A DNA stretch of 64,000 nucleotides from a virus: the IMG/VR virus record IMGVR_UViG_3300028581_000018, positions 1 to 64,000 of that record; one strand, given 5' to 3'. The stretch's first letter is position 1. Each line of letters starts with the position of its first letter. Made by a program: the position numbers and the translations under genes. This document shows positions 1 through 9,519 of the stretch, in pieces. Under the pieces are notes generated by a model. That model saw nothing but the letters and a program-made list of their open reading frames with translations. It made no database searches and was not told the DNA's origin.

Positions 1-1
1 A

Positions 2-154
2 GATGCTAAGTTTCAAGAGTTTATCAAACAACCAGGGTTTACCTATTCTCAGATTAAATCTAAGTTTGGTAGGGGTACCTTCTATTGTGAGGGTTTATCT
101 AATGAACAAATAACAGAAGTAGAAAACAAAATAACAGAGTTATGCAAAAACTAA
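2..154 (+). CDS. hypothetical phage protein, 3' partial
   Basis: Frame open from the window edge (DAKFQEF...YSQIKSKFGRGTFY...LCKN*), TAA at 152-154, overlapping the next ATG. Confidence 0.6.
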   Translation, partial: DAKFQEFIKQPGFTYSQIKSKFGRGTFYCEGLSNEQITEVENKITELCKN

Positions 155-846
155 TTAAAACAGACGACTATCTACTTGTTGTAGATGATTCTGAAATTAA
201 AGGAGGAGATTATAGAGTTAATATTCAAAGAGGCTATATAAAGCTCGTTGATGATAATCCTGAATACTATAACAAAAGAAACGATGTTTTTAAGAAGGTA
301 ATCGCCCACCTACCACTTAATAACTCACCTATCTTGCAGGGTGTAGATTTACTACCACCACTTGAAGAAGAAACTGATGTTGAGAAGAGAGTTTTGGCAT
401 ACATAGCAGGCTACAACAAAGCCAAAGAAACTTACAAGTACACAGAGGAGATAGAACAAATGCATTTAGATGTTATTCAAAATGATAAGAATATAAGAAA
501 ACAGTTGTGTGTTAATAACTTTGGGACATCTGATTTGGAAAAAACTGTTGCATCCAAATCAGAATGTCTTCCTAAAAAAGAAACGGTTGAAGAAGCTGCC
601 GAAATAATTTATCCAACTCCTAAACCTTACGAACTTTATTCAGATATGGGTAACTCAATGAGAAGAGAAGCATTTAAAGAAGGTGCTAAATGGCAGCAAG
701 AACGAATGTATAGTGAGGAAGATATGATTAAATTTGGTTTTAGCACATACTGTTATATTAGTGAACTTATGGGTGTGCCTTTTAATCTAATGTCAGAGAA
801 TAGGCTAAATGCAGAAGAATGGTTTGAACAATTTAAAAAGAAATAA
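142..846 (+). CDS. hypothetical protein (KETVEEAAE / GAKWQQERMYSEED / WFEQFKKK motif family)
   Basis: 234-aa ORF; short motifs typical of small Flavobacteria-phage accessory genes. Confidence 0.75.
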   Translation: MQKLIKTDDYLLVVDDSEIKGGDYRVNIQRGYIKLVDDNPEYYNKRNDVFKKVIAHLPLNNSPILQGVDLLPPLEEETDVEKRVLAYIAGYNKAKETYKYTEEIEQMHLDVIQNDKNIRKQLCVNNFGTSDLEKTVASKSECLPKKETVEEAAEIIYPTPKPYELYSDMGNSMRREAFKEGAKWQQERMYSEEDMIKFGFSTYCYISELMGVPFNLMSENRLNAEEWFEQFKKK

Positions 847-850
847 GATG
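830..850 (+). repeat. 21-bp direct repeat copy 1 (aatttaaaaagaaataagatg)
   Basis: Identical to 1090-1110. Confidence 0.85.
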
Positions 851-1096
851 GAAAAATTTGAAAATGCAATGGAGTGTATAGGTCAAGCAGTTTTTGAAAT
901 GTATGAAAATAATACTCCTGAAAAAGTAAATACATTATTAACTAATGTATCTGATGCTTATGTTTTAGTGCAATGGCCTGAATCTCAGGAATTTATGGAA
1001 GAAGAATGGTTTGAAGAAGAATCTATTCTTGCTTTAGGTAGTGAAGATAAAACAGGAAGTTCTGCTTATTTTATACCATTAAAAAGAGTAATTTAA
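848..1096 (+). CDS. hypothetical protein
   Basis: ATG at 848 directly after the upstream stop; flanked by a 21-bp direct repeat. Confidence 0.7.
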   Translation: MEKFENAMECIGQAVFEMYENNTPEKVNTLLTNVSDAYVLVQWPESQEFMEEEWFEEESILALGSEDKTGSSAYFIPLKRVI

Positions 1097-1110
1097 AAAG
1101 AAATAAGATG
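1090..1110 (+). repeat. 21-bp direct repeat copy 2 (aatttaaaaagaaataagatg)
   Basis: Identical to 830-850. Confidence 0.85.
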
Positions 1111-1314
1111 AAACAAACAGCAATAGAATGGTTGATAGATGAATTAGACTATGAAACTATTTCAAAATTTAATTTTAAATTAGAAAAAGCCAAAGAAATG
1201 GAGAAGGAGCAGATAATTGAAGCATTTAAACATGGAGAACTTCCACCACCATTTGTAAATATTAATGCAGAACAATACTACAACGAAACCTTTAACCCCA
1301 AACAAAATGAGTAA
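1108..1314 (+). CDS. hypothetical protein (KQTAIEWL...AKEMEKEQI...AEQYYNETF family)
   Basis: 68-aa ORF with a recognisable phage small-protein motif. Confidence 0.75.
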   Translation: MKQTAIEWLIDELDYETISKFNFKLEKAKEMEKEQIIEAFKHGELPPPFVNINAEQYYNETFNPKQNE

Positions 1315-1918
1315 ATTCTATAAACCACCTACACGAGAAGAGCGTTTACAAGATTTGAAGTATTTCTTTTTATTTTGGAAAGGTAGAAAAAAAGGTATAA
1401 TTCATACTCGTGATATTACCTTAGATGATTTTAGGTATATTTTCTTTCCTAAAAGATTTCATGAAATATATGGCTACTTAGGTTCTGTGCCTTATGAAGG
1501 TAATGGAGATGTTTTTAAGGCACTCTATCCTTTGATCTTAGCCATGGACTACAAAGCCAAGCCTAAGTGGTGTCCTAGATGGTTTTTAAGGTTCTTGCAT
1601 ATATTTGGTAGCGACAAATCTATTGTTAGAGTTAGAAACCGCAGATTGCATGATCTACTTAGGAAGCTTACAAAAGGTATTACAATCTATGATTACAAAA
1701 CTAAGTGGCATGATTATGATTTAAGAGCATCAATAGCTGCCCCACAAGATATTTGTGATCTAGAAGATGCTATTACTATTCATTTTTATAATCGAGGTTA
1801 TAGACAAGAACTACTTGATGAGATTAGAGCTGTAGAACCTGATTTTAAATATGATTGGTGGTCTAATCAAAAACTGCAAGACTACAATGATACGCTTAAA
1901 CCAAAAGAAGATGAGTAA
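1307..1918 (+). CDS. hypothetical protein
   Basis: ORF track 1265-1918; likely start ATG 1307 overlapping the upstream gene end. Confidence 0.7.
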   Translation: MSKFYKPPTREERLQDLKYFFLFWKGRKKGIIHTRDITLDDFRYIFFPKRFHEIYGYLGSVPYEGNGDVFKALYPLILAMDYKAKPKWCPRWFLRFLHIFGSDKSIVRVRNRRLHDLLRKLTKGITIYDYKTKWHDYDLRASIAAPQDICDLEDAITIHFYNRGYRQELLDEIRAVEPDFKYDWWSNQKLQDYNDTLKPKEDE

Positions 1919-2078
1919 AACTATTAAATGTATTGTAAGACTTCATGGTATCCGGCGCGAGATTATTACTAGTGAATTTGATAGCATAGCTGCTGCTAAA
2001 AGGTGGTTAGATTTATGCTGGTATAGACCATATACTATAGTAAGAATTTCCCAGGATACTTCCCAAAAAAAGAACTAA
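1911..2078 (+). CDS. hypothetical protein
   Basis: ATG 1911 coupled to the upstream stop. Confidence 0.55.
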   Translation: MSKTIKCIVRLHGIRREIITSEFDSIAAAKRWLDLCWYRPYTIVRISQDTSQKKN

Positions 2079-2098
2079 CACTTTTTTAAAATAATCAA

Positions 2099-2106
2099 TA
2101 TCTTTG
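2099..2106 (+). promoter_or_regulatory. Bacteroidota sigma-70 -7 promoter element (TAnnTTTG)
   Basis: TATCTTTG in an intergenic gap 11 nt upstream of ATG 2118. Confidence 0.55.
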
Positions 2107-2117
2107 AAGAAAAAACT

Positions 2118-2363
2118 ATGACAACAATATCATTTACTAATGGCTGGAAAGAAAACTACCAGCATATAAATTTAATCCCGCACACTCAAGTAGTGCGTAA
2201 ACCATTTGGGCCACAAGGATCCTGCTTAAAAGGTTGTATTAACACTCGTATATGCAAAGATCCATTTTGCAAACAAGTTCTTGAGAAGAAAACAGAAGTA
2301 GTTATTAGCTGGCTTGGTTTTACACTAACCATCCTTTCAAAAAATGAAAAACTAAGTAAGTAA
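2118..2363 (+). CDS. hypothetical protein (Cys-containing)
   Basis: 81-aa ORF after the promoter motif. Confidence 0.6.
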   Translation: MTTISFTNGWKENYQHINLIPHTQVVRKPFGPQGSCLKGCINTRICKDPFCKQVLEKKTEVVISWLGFTLTILSKNEKLSK

Positions 2364-2370
2364 ATATCTA

Positions 2371-2757
2371 ATGTTTCACGGGATTCTCAAAAAAGAAAAT
2401 GGTAAACTTGTTTATTCTGATACATCTGAGAAACTAAAATATGACATGTTCTTGAAAAACCTCCCAGAAGGAGCTACTATTGAGATCTATGTAGAAACTG
2501 TTAAATCAGATGGTAGTGTAGCACAACTTGCTAAAGTGCACGCGATGATTAGAGAATTAGCAAACTTCTTAGGTTACACCTTTGAAGAAATGAAATACGA
2601 GATAAAAGATAAAGCCGGTTTATGTCTGGTAAAAGACATAAACGGCTCCCAAGTAAAAGTATGTAAGTCTTTTGCAACTTGCTCTAAAGTTGAATTAGGT
2701 ATGGCTATCAACGCCTGCCTAGAAGTCGGTGATATAGTAGGTTTTAACCTTCACTAG
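2371..2757 (+). CDS. hypothetical protein, possibly NinB-like
   Basis: QLAKVHAMIRELANFLGYTFEEMK...KSFATCSK pattern resembles NinB-like proteins. Confidence 0.55.
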   Translation: MFHGILKKENGKLVYSDTSEKLKYDMFLKNLPEGATIEIYVETVKSDGSVAQLAKVHAMIRELANFLGYTFEEMKYEIKDKAGLCLVKDINGSQVKVCKSFATCSKVELGMAINACLEVGDIVGFNLH

Positions 2758-3067
2758 TAGGTTCAACATAACCTTCATCACCGGGTTCTAGTACCTCTTT
2801 ATCAGCATACTGTTTTTGATCTATTGATGAATCTTCTATTTCTTTAATTAGAATGAAAAGAGTTTGTATATCAAAAGCTTCTGGATGTTGAGTATAAAAC
2901 TGAGGGTTTTTTTCTACTGTAGTATTATCTAAAAGTTGTTTAACGAGATCTTCACTAACAGTGTTAAGCTGCCGAAACAACATTGATTTAACTCTTTTGT
3001 AGAAGAAACCACTTACTTTAATGGATACTATGTGTTCATCTTGTAATTCTTTTACTATAACCGCCAT
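2744..3067 (-). CDS. hypothetical protein (lone antisense gene)
   Basis: 107-aa ORF filling the gap between + strand genes, with protein-like composition. Confidence 0.7.
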   Translation of the reverse strand: MAVIVKELQDEHIVSIKVSGFFYKRVKSMLFRQLNTVSEDLVKQLLDNTTVEKNPQFYTQHPEAFDIQTLFILIKEIEDSSIDQKQYADKEVLEPGDEGYVEPTSEG

Positions 3068-3087
3068 AATTTAAATGTTTAAAGTTT

Positions 3088-3798
3088 ATGACAAATATAG
3101 ATATAGATAACATAAGAGACAAATTATATGCAAAACTTGAACCTTCTGGTTGGTCAACAGTGCTTCGCCATTTTATATATAGTAATGATTTTACTAAGAT
3201 TATACAGAAGTTAGCACAAGACAGCGTAGAAGGTAAACGATTCACTCCTTCACTTAGTAAAATGTTTAGTGCATTTTATGATTGTCCATACAAAGATCTT
3301 AAAGTAGTAGTTATTGGTCAAGATCCCTATCCTTATGCAGGTATTGCAGATGGTAAAGCTTTTTCTGTACAGAGTGGTACAACTAATGTTCCACCATCTC
3401 TTAAATTCATTTTGAAAGAGATTGATGATACTGTTTATAAAGAACGCAGACAGGTAGACCCTGATCTAACACGTTGGTCAGAACAAGGTATATTGTTACT
3501 AAACATTGCTTTAACTACTAGTATCAACAAAATAGGACAACACTATTTGATTTGGCAGCCTTTTCTAGCTTATTTGTTTGATATGCTTAACTGGCATAAT
3601 CCTCAGTTAATTTACGTTTACATGGGTAAAAAAGCTGCAGAATGGCAAGATGCTGTATCAGACAACAATAAAAAGTTGTTAACTTCACACCCCGCATCAG
3701 CAGCTCATAATAAACAAGAGAACTGGGATTCCGGGGATGTATTTAACAAAGTAAATAAATGTCTGGAAGCATTACAGAAACCCCTAATAAAGTGGTAA
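3088..3798 (+). CDS. ung: uracil-DNA glycosylase (family 1)
   Basis: VVVIGQDPYP, ADGKAFS, VPPSL, GILLLN and SHPAS motifs. Confidence 0.95.
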   Translation: MTNIDIDNIRDKLYAKLEPSGWSTVLRHFIYSNDFTKIIQKLAQDSVEGKRFTPSLSKMFSAFYDCPYKDLKVVVIGQDPYPYAGIADGKAFSVQSGTTNVPPSLKFILKEIDDTVYKERRQVDPDLTRWSEQGILLLNIALTTSINKIGQHYLIWQPFLAYLFDMLNWHNPQLIYVYMGKKAAEWQDAVSDNNKKLLTSHPASAAHNKQENWDSGDVFNKVNKCLEALQKPLIKW

Positions 3799-4268
3799 TA
3801 AACGAAAATTACTATTTTGACTTACAACAAGAGATACACCGCTTTTGCAACAAAATCTCTAAAGTGTATGGAGTTACTGTTCATGTTACAACTCTGGAAA
3901 AAATTGATATTCTGGCAAAACCTACTCTACAAAGAATAGAGGAGGTAATCCTAAATATCATACATGATGAAGATCTACAAGAAGTTCCTAACAAGTTGGC
4001 AGATTTGAACAGAACGTATAGTATTTATAGACAAATCTTCTGTAAAATAGCCAAAGATGTAGGTTATAGAAAAGGAGTAATCGCTGTTTATCTAGGACAA
4101 ACCCACGGGAACGTAATTTACTCTATAAAGACAATAGACAATCTTCTAGAAATAAACGACTACAAAACTTCATATACCTATAAAAAATGTTTGTATGAAC
4201 TTAGAACCAAAGAACAAACTATTGACTTTGTTGCTGGAGACACTGAATCTCAAGATAACACCCAATGA
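3759..4268 (+). CDS. DnaA C-terminal-like HTH DNA-binding protein
   Basis: RQIFCKIAKD.GY....IAVYLGQTHGNVIYSIK resembles DnaA domain IV; true start may be GTG 3792. Confidence 0.6.
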   Translation: MSGSITETPNKVVINENYYFDLQQEIHRFCNKISKVYGVTVHVTTLEKIDILAKPTLQRIEEVILNIIHDEDLQEVPNKLADLNRTYSIYRQIFCKIAKDVGYRKGVIAVYLGQTHGNVIYSIKTIDNLLEINDYKTSYTYKKCLYELRTKEQTIDFVAGDTESQDNTQ

Positions 4269-4848
4269 GTTATTTGCTTTATTATGCTTTAAAGAAAAAG
4301 TTGCTGTAAGCAGCTCATCTATCAACTTACACTTTGAGATACGCAATCTTAAAGCTTTAGGTTATGTAACTCCAACAGCGTTTGTAGGAATTGATAATTT
4401 AGAGAATGGTTGGGTTATTACTGAAAAAGGTCAAAATCTTTTGAAAGAGATGGATGTGCTGTACAGTAAAATTGTTGAAGATGTTAACACTGCAGTAGTG
4501 GGTACCTCTTATTCAGAAAACATTAAAGCGTATAATCTTTTGTTTCCCCGCGGTAAACTACCTAGTGGTAAACAAGCTCGAGTAAATGAAAAGAATCTAG
4601 AAACTGCTTTTAAGTGGTTCTTTAAGAATTTTGATTACTCTTGGGAAACAGTTCTCGCAGCAACTGCTTTGTATGTAAATGAGTACTTACTACGTAATTA
4701 CTTGTACATGCGAACTTCTCAGTATTTTATACGCAAGATGTCTGGAGATAGATCATTTGATTCAGAGTTAGCCAACTACTGTGAAATGGTAGTTACTGGT
4801 AACTATGATGATGATGAAAACAAACATTTTAGCGACAAGGTAGTTTAG
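4195..4848 (+). CDS. hypothetical replication protein (possible wHTH / helicase loader)
   Basis: 217-aa ORF directly upstream of the helicase; wHTH-like 'LKALGYV...WVITEKGQ'. Confidence 0.6.
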   Translation: MNLEPKNKLLTLLLETLNLKITPNELFALLCFKEKVAVSSSSINLHFEIRNLKALGYVTPTAFVGIDNLENGWVITEKGQNLLKEMDVLYSKIVEDVNTAVVGTSYSENIKAYNLLFPRGKLPSGKQARVNEKNLETAFKWFFKNFDYSWETVLAATALYVNEYLLRNYLYMRTSQYFIRKMSGDRSFDSELANYCEMVVTGNYDDDENKHFSDKVV

Positions 4849-4864
4849 GATTAAATTTAGTAAT

Positions 4865-5863
4865 ATGGTAAATGGTAAACATGCTTGGAGAAGCCAAAAA
4901 GAAGGGTTTCTTGATTCTCTTAACTATCTTAAAGGTAGACAAGAAGGCTTGATCAAGAGTATCAAGACACCCTGGGAAAAATTTAATGACGCATCTACAG
5001 ATGGCGTTGAGTGGAACTCTATGACTGTAATTGGTGGTAGACCGGGTAGTGGTAAAACTCTTATTGCTGACCAGATAATTAGAAGCGCTTTTACCTTTAA
5101 TAAAGGACAAAAGTTTAGAGTATTACAGTTCCAGTTTGAGATGCTTGCCCGTGTATCTGCTATCCGCGAATACAGTAGTTATCTAGGTAAGTCTTATAAG
5201 TATTTGTGTAGTGCAGATGGTATTTTAGCTCCTGAAGATCTCACAAGATGTTATGCTTATGCCAAGAGTCGTGTTAAGTATCCAATTGATGTAGTAGATG
5301 AACCTTGTACTACATCAACATTCAAAAAGATCATCGAATCTTACATGGAAAAACACACAGAAATTATTGACGAAGAAAAAGTTTTTACAAAAACAATCAT
5401 TACTTTAGATCACTCATTACTAATCAAAAAAGAGAGTTACGAAAAAGATAAATATGAAATGCTTTACAACTTAAGCGAAACAATAACAGATTTAAAAAGA
5501 AGATATCCAATAGCATTTATCATATTAAGCCAACTAAATAGAAGCATTGACTCTCCTGAGCGCAATGAAGATGGTAAATATGGAAACTATATTTTAGAAT
5601 CAGATTTATTTGGCGCAGATGCATTACTGCAGCACGCGGACATGGTTGTTGGTATCAACAGACCAGGTAAACAAAAAATTAGATTTTATGGGCCAGATAG
5701 ATACATTATAGAAGATGACAAGGTTCTTGTCATGCACTTCTTAAAATGTAGAAACGGGGACAACAGAATGAGTTTCTTTAAGGCAGAGTTTGAAAAGATG
5801 CAGATCGTAGAAGCTGATACACCACCAACACAAGAAAAGAGAACACTAACCAAAATCGTTTAA
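4865..5863 (+). CDS. dnaB: DnaB-like (SF4) replicative helicase
   Basis: Walker A GGRPGSGKT, FQFEM, ITLDH, ILSQLNR, KCRNG. Confidence 0.9.
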   Translation: MVNGKHAWRSQKEGFLDSLNYLKGRQEGLIKSIKTPWEKFNDASTDGVEWNSMTVIGGRPGSGKTLIADQIIRSAFTFNKGQKFRVLQFQFEMLARVSAIREYSSYLGKSYKYLCSADGILAPEDLTRCYAYAKSRVKYPIDVVDEPCTTSTFKKIIESYMEKHTEIIDEEKVFTKTIITLDHSLLIKKESYEKDKYEMLYNLSETITDLKRRYPIAFIILSQLNRSIDSPERNEDGKYGNYILESDLFGADALLQHADMVVGINRPGKQKIRFYGPDRYIIEDDKVLVMHFLKCRNGDNRMSFFKAEFEKMQIVEADTPPTQEKRTLTKIV

Positions 5864-5864
5864 T

Positions 5865-6410
5865 ATGTCAAAAACAAGAACAGAAATCGTTAAAGAATTA
5901 AGAGAACATCACCAGTTAGTATTTAATGCGCTTAGAATACCAGATGCTGCATATATTCCTAAGCTTGCGTGGAAACCTCAAGACAAAGATTACTATTGTA
6001 TGGGATTTTTTGCGAATGAACTTAGCAGTGGAGTAGATGTATACACAGAGTATGTAAGTTCTAATTTAGAACCAGAAGATCCTGAGCGCAAACTTTATTG
6101 CTGGAAATACAATCCACACTTTGCTGATGAATATGATACTATTCCAACAAGTGGTGGACATGTTAGATACTTAATTCCTGTTGAAGAGCTTCATGTAGTA
6201 ACCGTAGACTCAAAAATTGAGACTACACCTAATGAGTTACCAAAGCTTAAAACTAAAAGTAAAGTATTTGAGATTATGGATCCTGACAATGACGCTCCTA
6301 TTGATCAGATGACAATTAAGGATCTGGCTGCAATATTGTGGCAAGCTCCTGTTAGTGACAAATCATTTTTAAACCAATTAATTATAGAAAGATGGCCGAA
6401 GCATGCTTGA
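5865..6410 (+). CDS. hypothetical protein
   Basis: 181-aa ORF in the replication operon. Confidence 0.75.
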   Translation: MSKTRTEIVKELREHHQLVFNALRIPDAAYIPKLAWKPQDKDYYCMGFFANELSSGVDVYTEYVSSNLEPEDPERKLYCWKYNPHFADEYDTIPTSGGHVRYLIPVEELHVVTVDSKIETTPNELPKLKTKSKVFEIMDPDNDAPIDQMTIKDLAAILWQAPVSDKSFLNQLIIERWPKHA

Positions 6411-7069
6411 TTATTGCTGAATCTGGATCAGGTAAATCTACCAGTATTCGCACATTAGACCCTGCAACAACGTTTATTATCAATGTTGCAAACAAACCTC
6501 TACCATTTAAAGGATGGCGTGAAAAGTACACACTTCTATCTAAAGAGAACCCTAAAGGTAATATGAGTAACACCTCAACACCCGGCGGAGTTGTCAAAGC
6601 ATTAGAGTATGTATCTACCAACAGACCTGAAATTAAAACCATTGTTGTAGATGACTGGCAGTATATGTCAAGTTTTGAGTTCTTTGATAGAGCACTAGAA
6701 AAAGGTTACGAGAAATTTACGCAGATTGGCGCTGGTTTAGCAGCTGTTGCTAAAACACCAAAAGATCTACGTAGTGATTTAGTAGTATTTTTCTTGACTC
6801 ACTCAGAGGATTTCTACGACAGCACTGGTGCACGCAAAACCAAAGCTAAAACAATTGGTAAAATGGTCGACGAGAAATTAACACTCGAAGGTTTATTTTC
6901 AATTGTCTTATTTGGTAAGGTTAAGAAAAGCAAAGATGGTGAACTCCGCTATGTTTTCGAGACTAAAAACTCAGGTGATAACACCTGTAAAGCTCCTTTA
7001 GAAATGTTCGAGGAAGATGAAATATCTAACGACTTAGAACTAGTACGCAAATCAATTATTAACTTCTAA
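6392..7069 (+). CDS. AAA-24 / Sak4-like P-loop ATPase (recombination)
   Basis: AESGSGKST Walker A, IVVDD Walker B, KTIGKM, TCKAP. Confidence 0.85.
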   Translation: MAEACLIIAESGSGKSTSIRTLDPATTFIINVANKPLPFKGWREKYTLLSKENPKGNMSNTSTPGGVVKALEYVSTNRPEIKTIVVDDWQYMSSFEFFDRALEKGYEKFTQIGAGLAAVAKTPKDLRSDLVVFFLTHSEDFYDSTGARKTKAKTIGKMVDEKLTLEGLFSIVLFGKVKKSKDGELRYVFETKNSGDNTCKAPLEMFEEDEISNDLELVRKSIINF

Positions 7070-7079
7070 TTTAATCACT

Positions 7080-7805
7080 ATGGCGCTTAGCACAAAAAAA
7101 GTAACCACCGAGGGTGGTGGTAGTTACATCTCAAAAACAATTGAGCCCGGAAATGTAAAAGCAATGATTCACGAGGTAAAACTTGAGCCTTTTACTTTTG
7201 TAGAAAACTCCTATCATATTGTTATGGAGTTAGAAACAGAAGAAATCCCAGGTTTTGAAGGTTTTGCAATTAATCGTGATAAACCAGATGGTCTCAAATA
7301 CAAAGGTCAAGTTGGCAGAGTTAAACTTAGTCAATATGCTTATGTAGATGGTGTAACCAAAACTGGTCGTGAAGTATCCCGCGATACTGAAATCTTGCGG
7401 GGTATTAAAAACATCTGCGAAGCAACAGATTGTGTAGGATGGTTCAACAACCAAGATGAAAAACACGATACTATTGAATCGTTTGTTAATGCTTTTAATA
7501 GCGAGAAGCCTTTCGGTGCTGTGCTAATTAACTTTTGTATAGCTGGTAAAGAGTATCAGAGCCGCGAGGGTTATACTCGATATGAGTTATTCCTACCACG
7601 CACGGGTAAAGGTGAAGTAGCTATGGAATTAGCAGATTTAGATGAAGGTAAAACATCTAGATTAGTAACATTTGATATAAATACACATGTTACTAAGAAA
7701 CCTGGTTCTAAACCTGTAACATCATTTGGTAGTAATGCAAGTAATGATGATATACCATTTGAACCAGGAGATTTCAGTACACCAGCAGGTGATTTTGAAC
7801 TCTAA
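7080..7805 (+). CDS. single-stranded DNA-binding protein (putative)
   Basis: Follows the Sak4-like ATPase; beta-rich with acidic tail DDIPF...GDFEL. Confidence 0.7.
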   Translation: MALSTKKVTTEGGGSYISKTIEPGNVKAMIHEVKLEPFTFVENSYHIVMELETEEIPGFEGFAINRDKPDGLKYKGQVGRVKLSQYAYVDGVTKTGREVSRDTEILRGIKNICEATDCVGWFNNQDEKHDTIESFVNAFNSEKPFGAVLINFCIAGKEYQSREGYTRYELFLPRTGKGEVAMELADLDEGKTSRLVTFDINTHVTKKPGSKPVTSFGSNASNDDIPFEPGDFSTPAGDFEL

Positions 7806-7826
7806 ACAATAAGTAGGTAGTTAAAT

Positions 7827-7852
7827 AGCCCCTGAGCAATCGGGGGCTTTTT
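7827..7852 (+). terminator. Rho-independent terminator
   Basis: agcccctga-gcaa-tcgggggct hairpin followed by a T-run. Confidence 0.85.
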
Positions 7853-7870
7853 ACTATGTAACAAAAACCG

Positions 7871-8836
7871 ATGATTAAAACCAAGAATATAGTATTTGAT
7901 ATAGAAAATGTACCTGCTACCTGGGTTTTTGAACACTACTTGTGTTGTGAGCCACTCACTGGTCAAAATGTAAAGATCAACTCTGTATTTAACCCAAATG
8001 ATAAAAATCCTTCAATGTTTCTCTATGTCAACCCAACAGGTAGATATAAATACAAGGATTTTTCTACTGGAGCCCAAGGTGATCAAATTGATTTAGTAGC
8101 AGAACTATTTAGTATATCCCGTGTAGAAGCTATCAACAAGATAATGCACGAGTATTCTAAAAGCAACAACACAGAAAGTCAACAAAGAATAATCAAAAAA
8201 GAAGTTTTTAGGATTGAAGAACACTCAATGCGCCACTGGACTGATCAAGATGCTAAGTTTTGGCAGCGATACCATATTGGTAGCGCAATACTTGACCATT
8301 ATAATGTACAGCCTTTAGAAAGCTATACTTATTCTAAAACAAAAGGTGCTGAGATTAAATATTCTAAGATTTCTAAGAACTATGTATATGGTTATTTTAA
8401 AGAAGATGGTACTCTATATAAGATATATCAGCCATATAGTACCACCGCCAAGTTTTTAAAAGTCAAATCTTACATTCAAGGTCTAGATCAGTTACAAAAT
8501 GACAAAGATGTCTTGTTTATACTGTCTTCACTAAAAGATCTTATGGCTTTTAGAATACTAGGTTTTAACAATGCTACATTTCTGGCACCAGATAGTGAAA
8601 ACTCTGTTATACCAGAAAAAACCATGTCAAAGTTAAAAAGCAGCTTTTCTCAAGTGATTGTTATATTTGATAATGATCAGGCAGGTATAAACTCTATGAT
8701 TAAATATGAGCAGTTATACTCGATTAGAAGTGTGCACTTAACTCTTGATAAGGATGTGGCTGATTGTGTTAAGCGTCACGGTGTAGATACCACCCGGCAA
8801 GCAATTGTAACCTCCTATAAACAGAAATATGGGTAA
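7871..8836 (+). CDS. DNA primase (DnaG/TOPRIM type)
   Basis: N-terminal DKNPSM...YKDFSTG..GD; TOPRIM SSLKD...SE...FDNDQAG...KDVAD. Confidence 0.85.
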   Translation: MIKTKNIVFDIENVPATWVFEHYLCCEPLTGQNVKINSVFNPNDKNPSMFLYVNPTGRYKYKDFSTGAQGDQIDLVAELFSISRVEAINKIMHEYSKSNNTESQQRIIKKEVFRIEEHSMRHWTDQDAKFWQRYHIGSAILDHYNVQPLESYTYSKTKGAEIKYSKISKNYVYGYFKEDGTLYKIYQPYSTTAKFLKVKSYIQGLDQLQNDKDVLFILSSLKDLMAFRILGFNNATFLAPDSENSVIPEKTMSKLKSSFSQVIVIFDNDQAGINSMIKYEQLYSIRSVHLTLDKDVADCVKRHGVDTTRQAIVTSYKQKYG

Positions 8837-9023
8837 ACCATTTGATGATTTTAGAACGTATGTTGAAAAAATAGCTAAAGAATTTCCAGAAGAAAGCGAA
8901 AGCCTTTTTATTCTTTATCTTAGTTGTGGTCAAGAAATTGACGACGGCGCACCAGTAGATGAAACAATCTATGAATACATTGCAGAAATTGAAGATATAA
9001 TAAAACAGTTAAAAAATGAGTAA
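8829..9023 (+). CDS. hypothetical protein
   Basis: 64-aa ORF overlapping both neighbours. Confidence 0.65.
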   Translation: MGKPFDDFRTYVEKIAKEFPEESESLFILYLSCGQEIDDGAPVDETIYEYIAEIEDIIKQLKNE

Positions 9024-9519
9024 ATACATAACCGTTGATCCTGGTAAAAAAGGAGCAATCATTTTTAGAGACAGTGATAATAAGATTACAGTTTTTAAAA
9101 TGCCATTGATTAAAGATCAGCTAGATTATTATGAGTTTAACAAACTAATCAAAAGTATTAAACAAGAACATCCTGATGTAAAACTAGTATGCGAAAAAGT
9201 TGGAGTAATCTTTGGTACCAGCAAAACTACTGCATTCTCTATGGGTCACCAATCTGGTGCTATTGAAATGTGTGCTATTGCTAATGATATAATCTACACT
9301 TTAGTACCTCCTAAAACTTGGCAGAAAGTAATGTTTTTAGGAATACCAGCTATTCAAAAAGCAAAAAGCTCTGCTAATGATACAAAAGCTATGGCTCTAA
9401 TCGCAGCTAAAAGATTGTTCCCAGAGGATATGCTAAAAACAAATCCTAAGAATAAACCCCACGACGGAATAGTAGACGCATTATTAATCTCTGAATACGC
9501 ATGTCGAACAAATTTGTAA
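9016..9519 (+). CDS. RuvC-like Holliday junction resolvase
   Basis: ITVDPGKKGA, CEKV, TAFSMG, VPPKTWQK, HDGIVDALLI. Confidence 0.85.
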   Translation: MSKYITVDPGKKGAIIFRDSDNKITVFKMPLIKDQLDYYEFNKLIKSIKQEHPDVKLVCEKVGVIFGTSKTTAFSMGHQSGAIEMCAIANDIIYTLVPPKTWQKVMFLGIPAIQKAKSSANDTKAMALIAAKRLFPEDMLKTNPKNKPHDGIVDALLISEYACRTNL

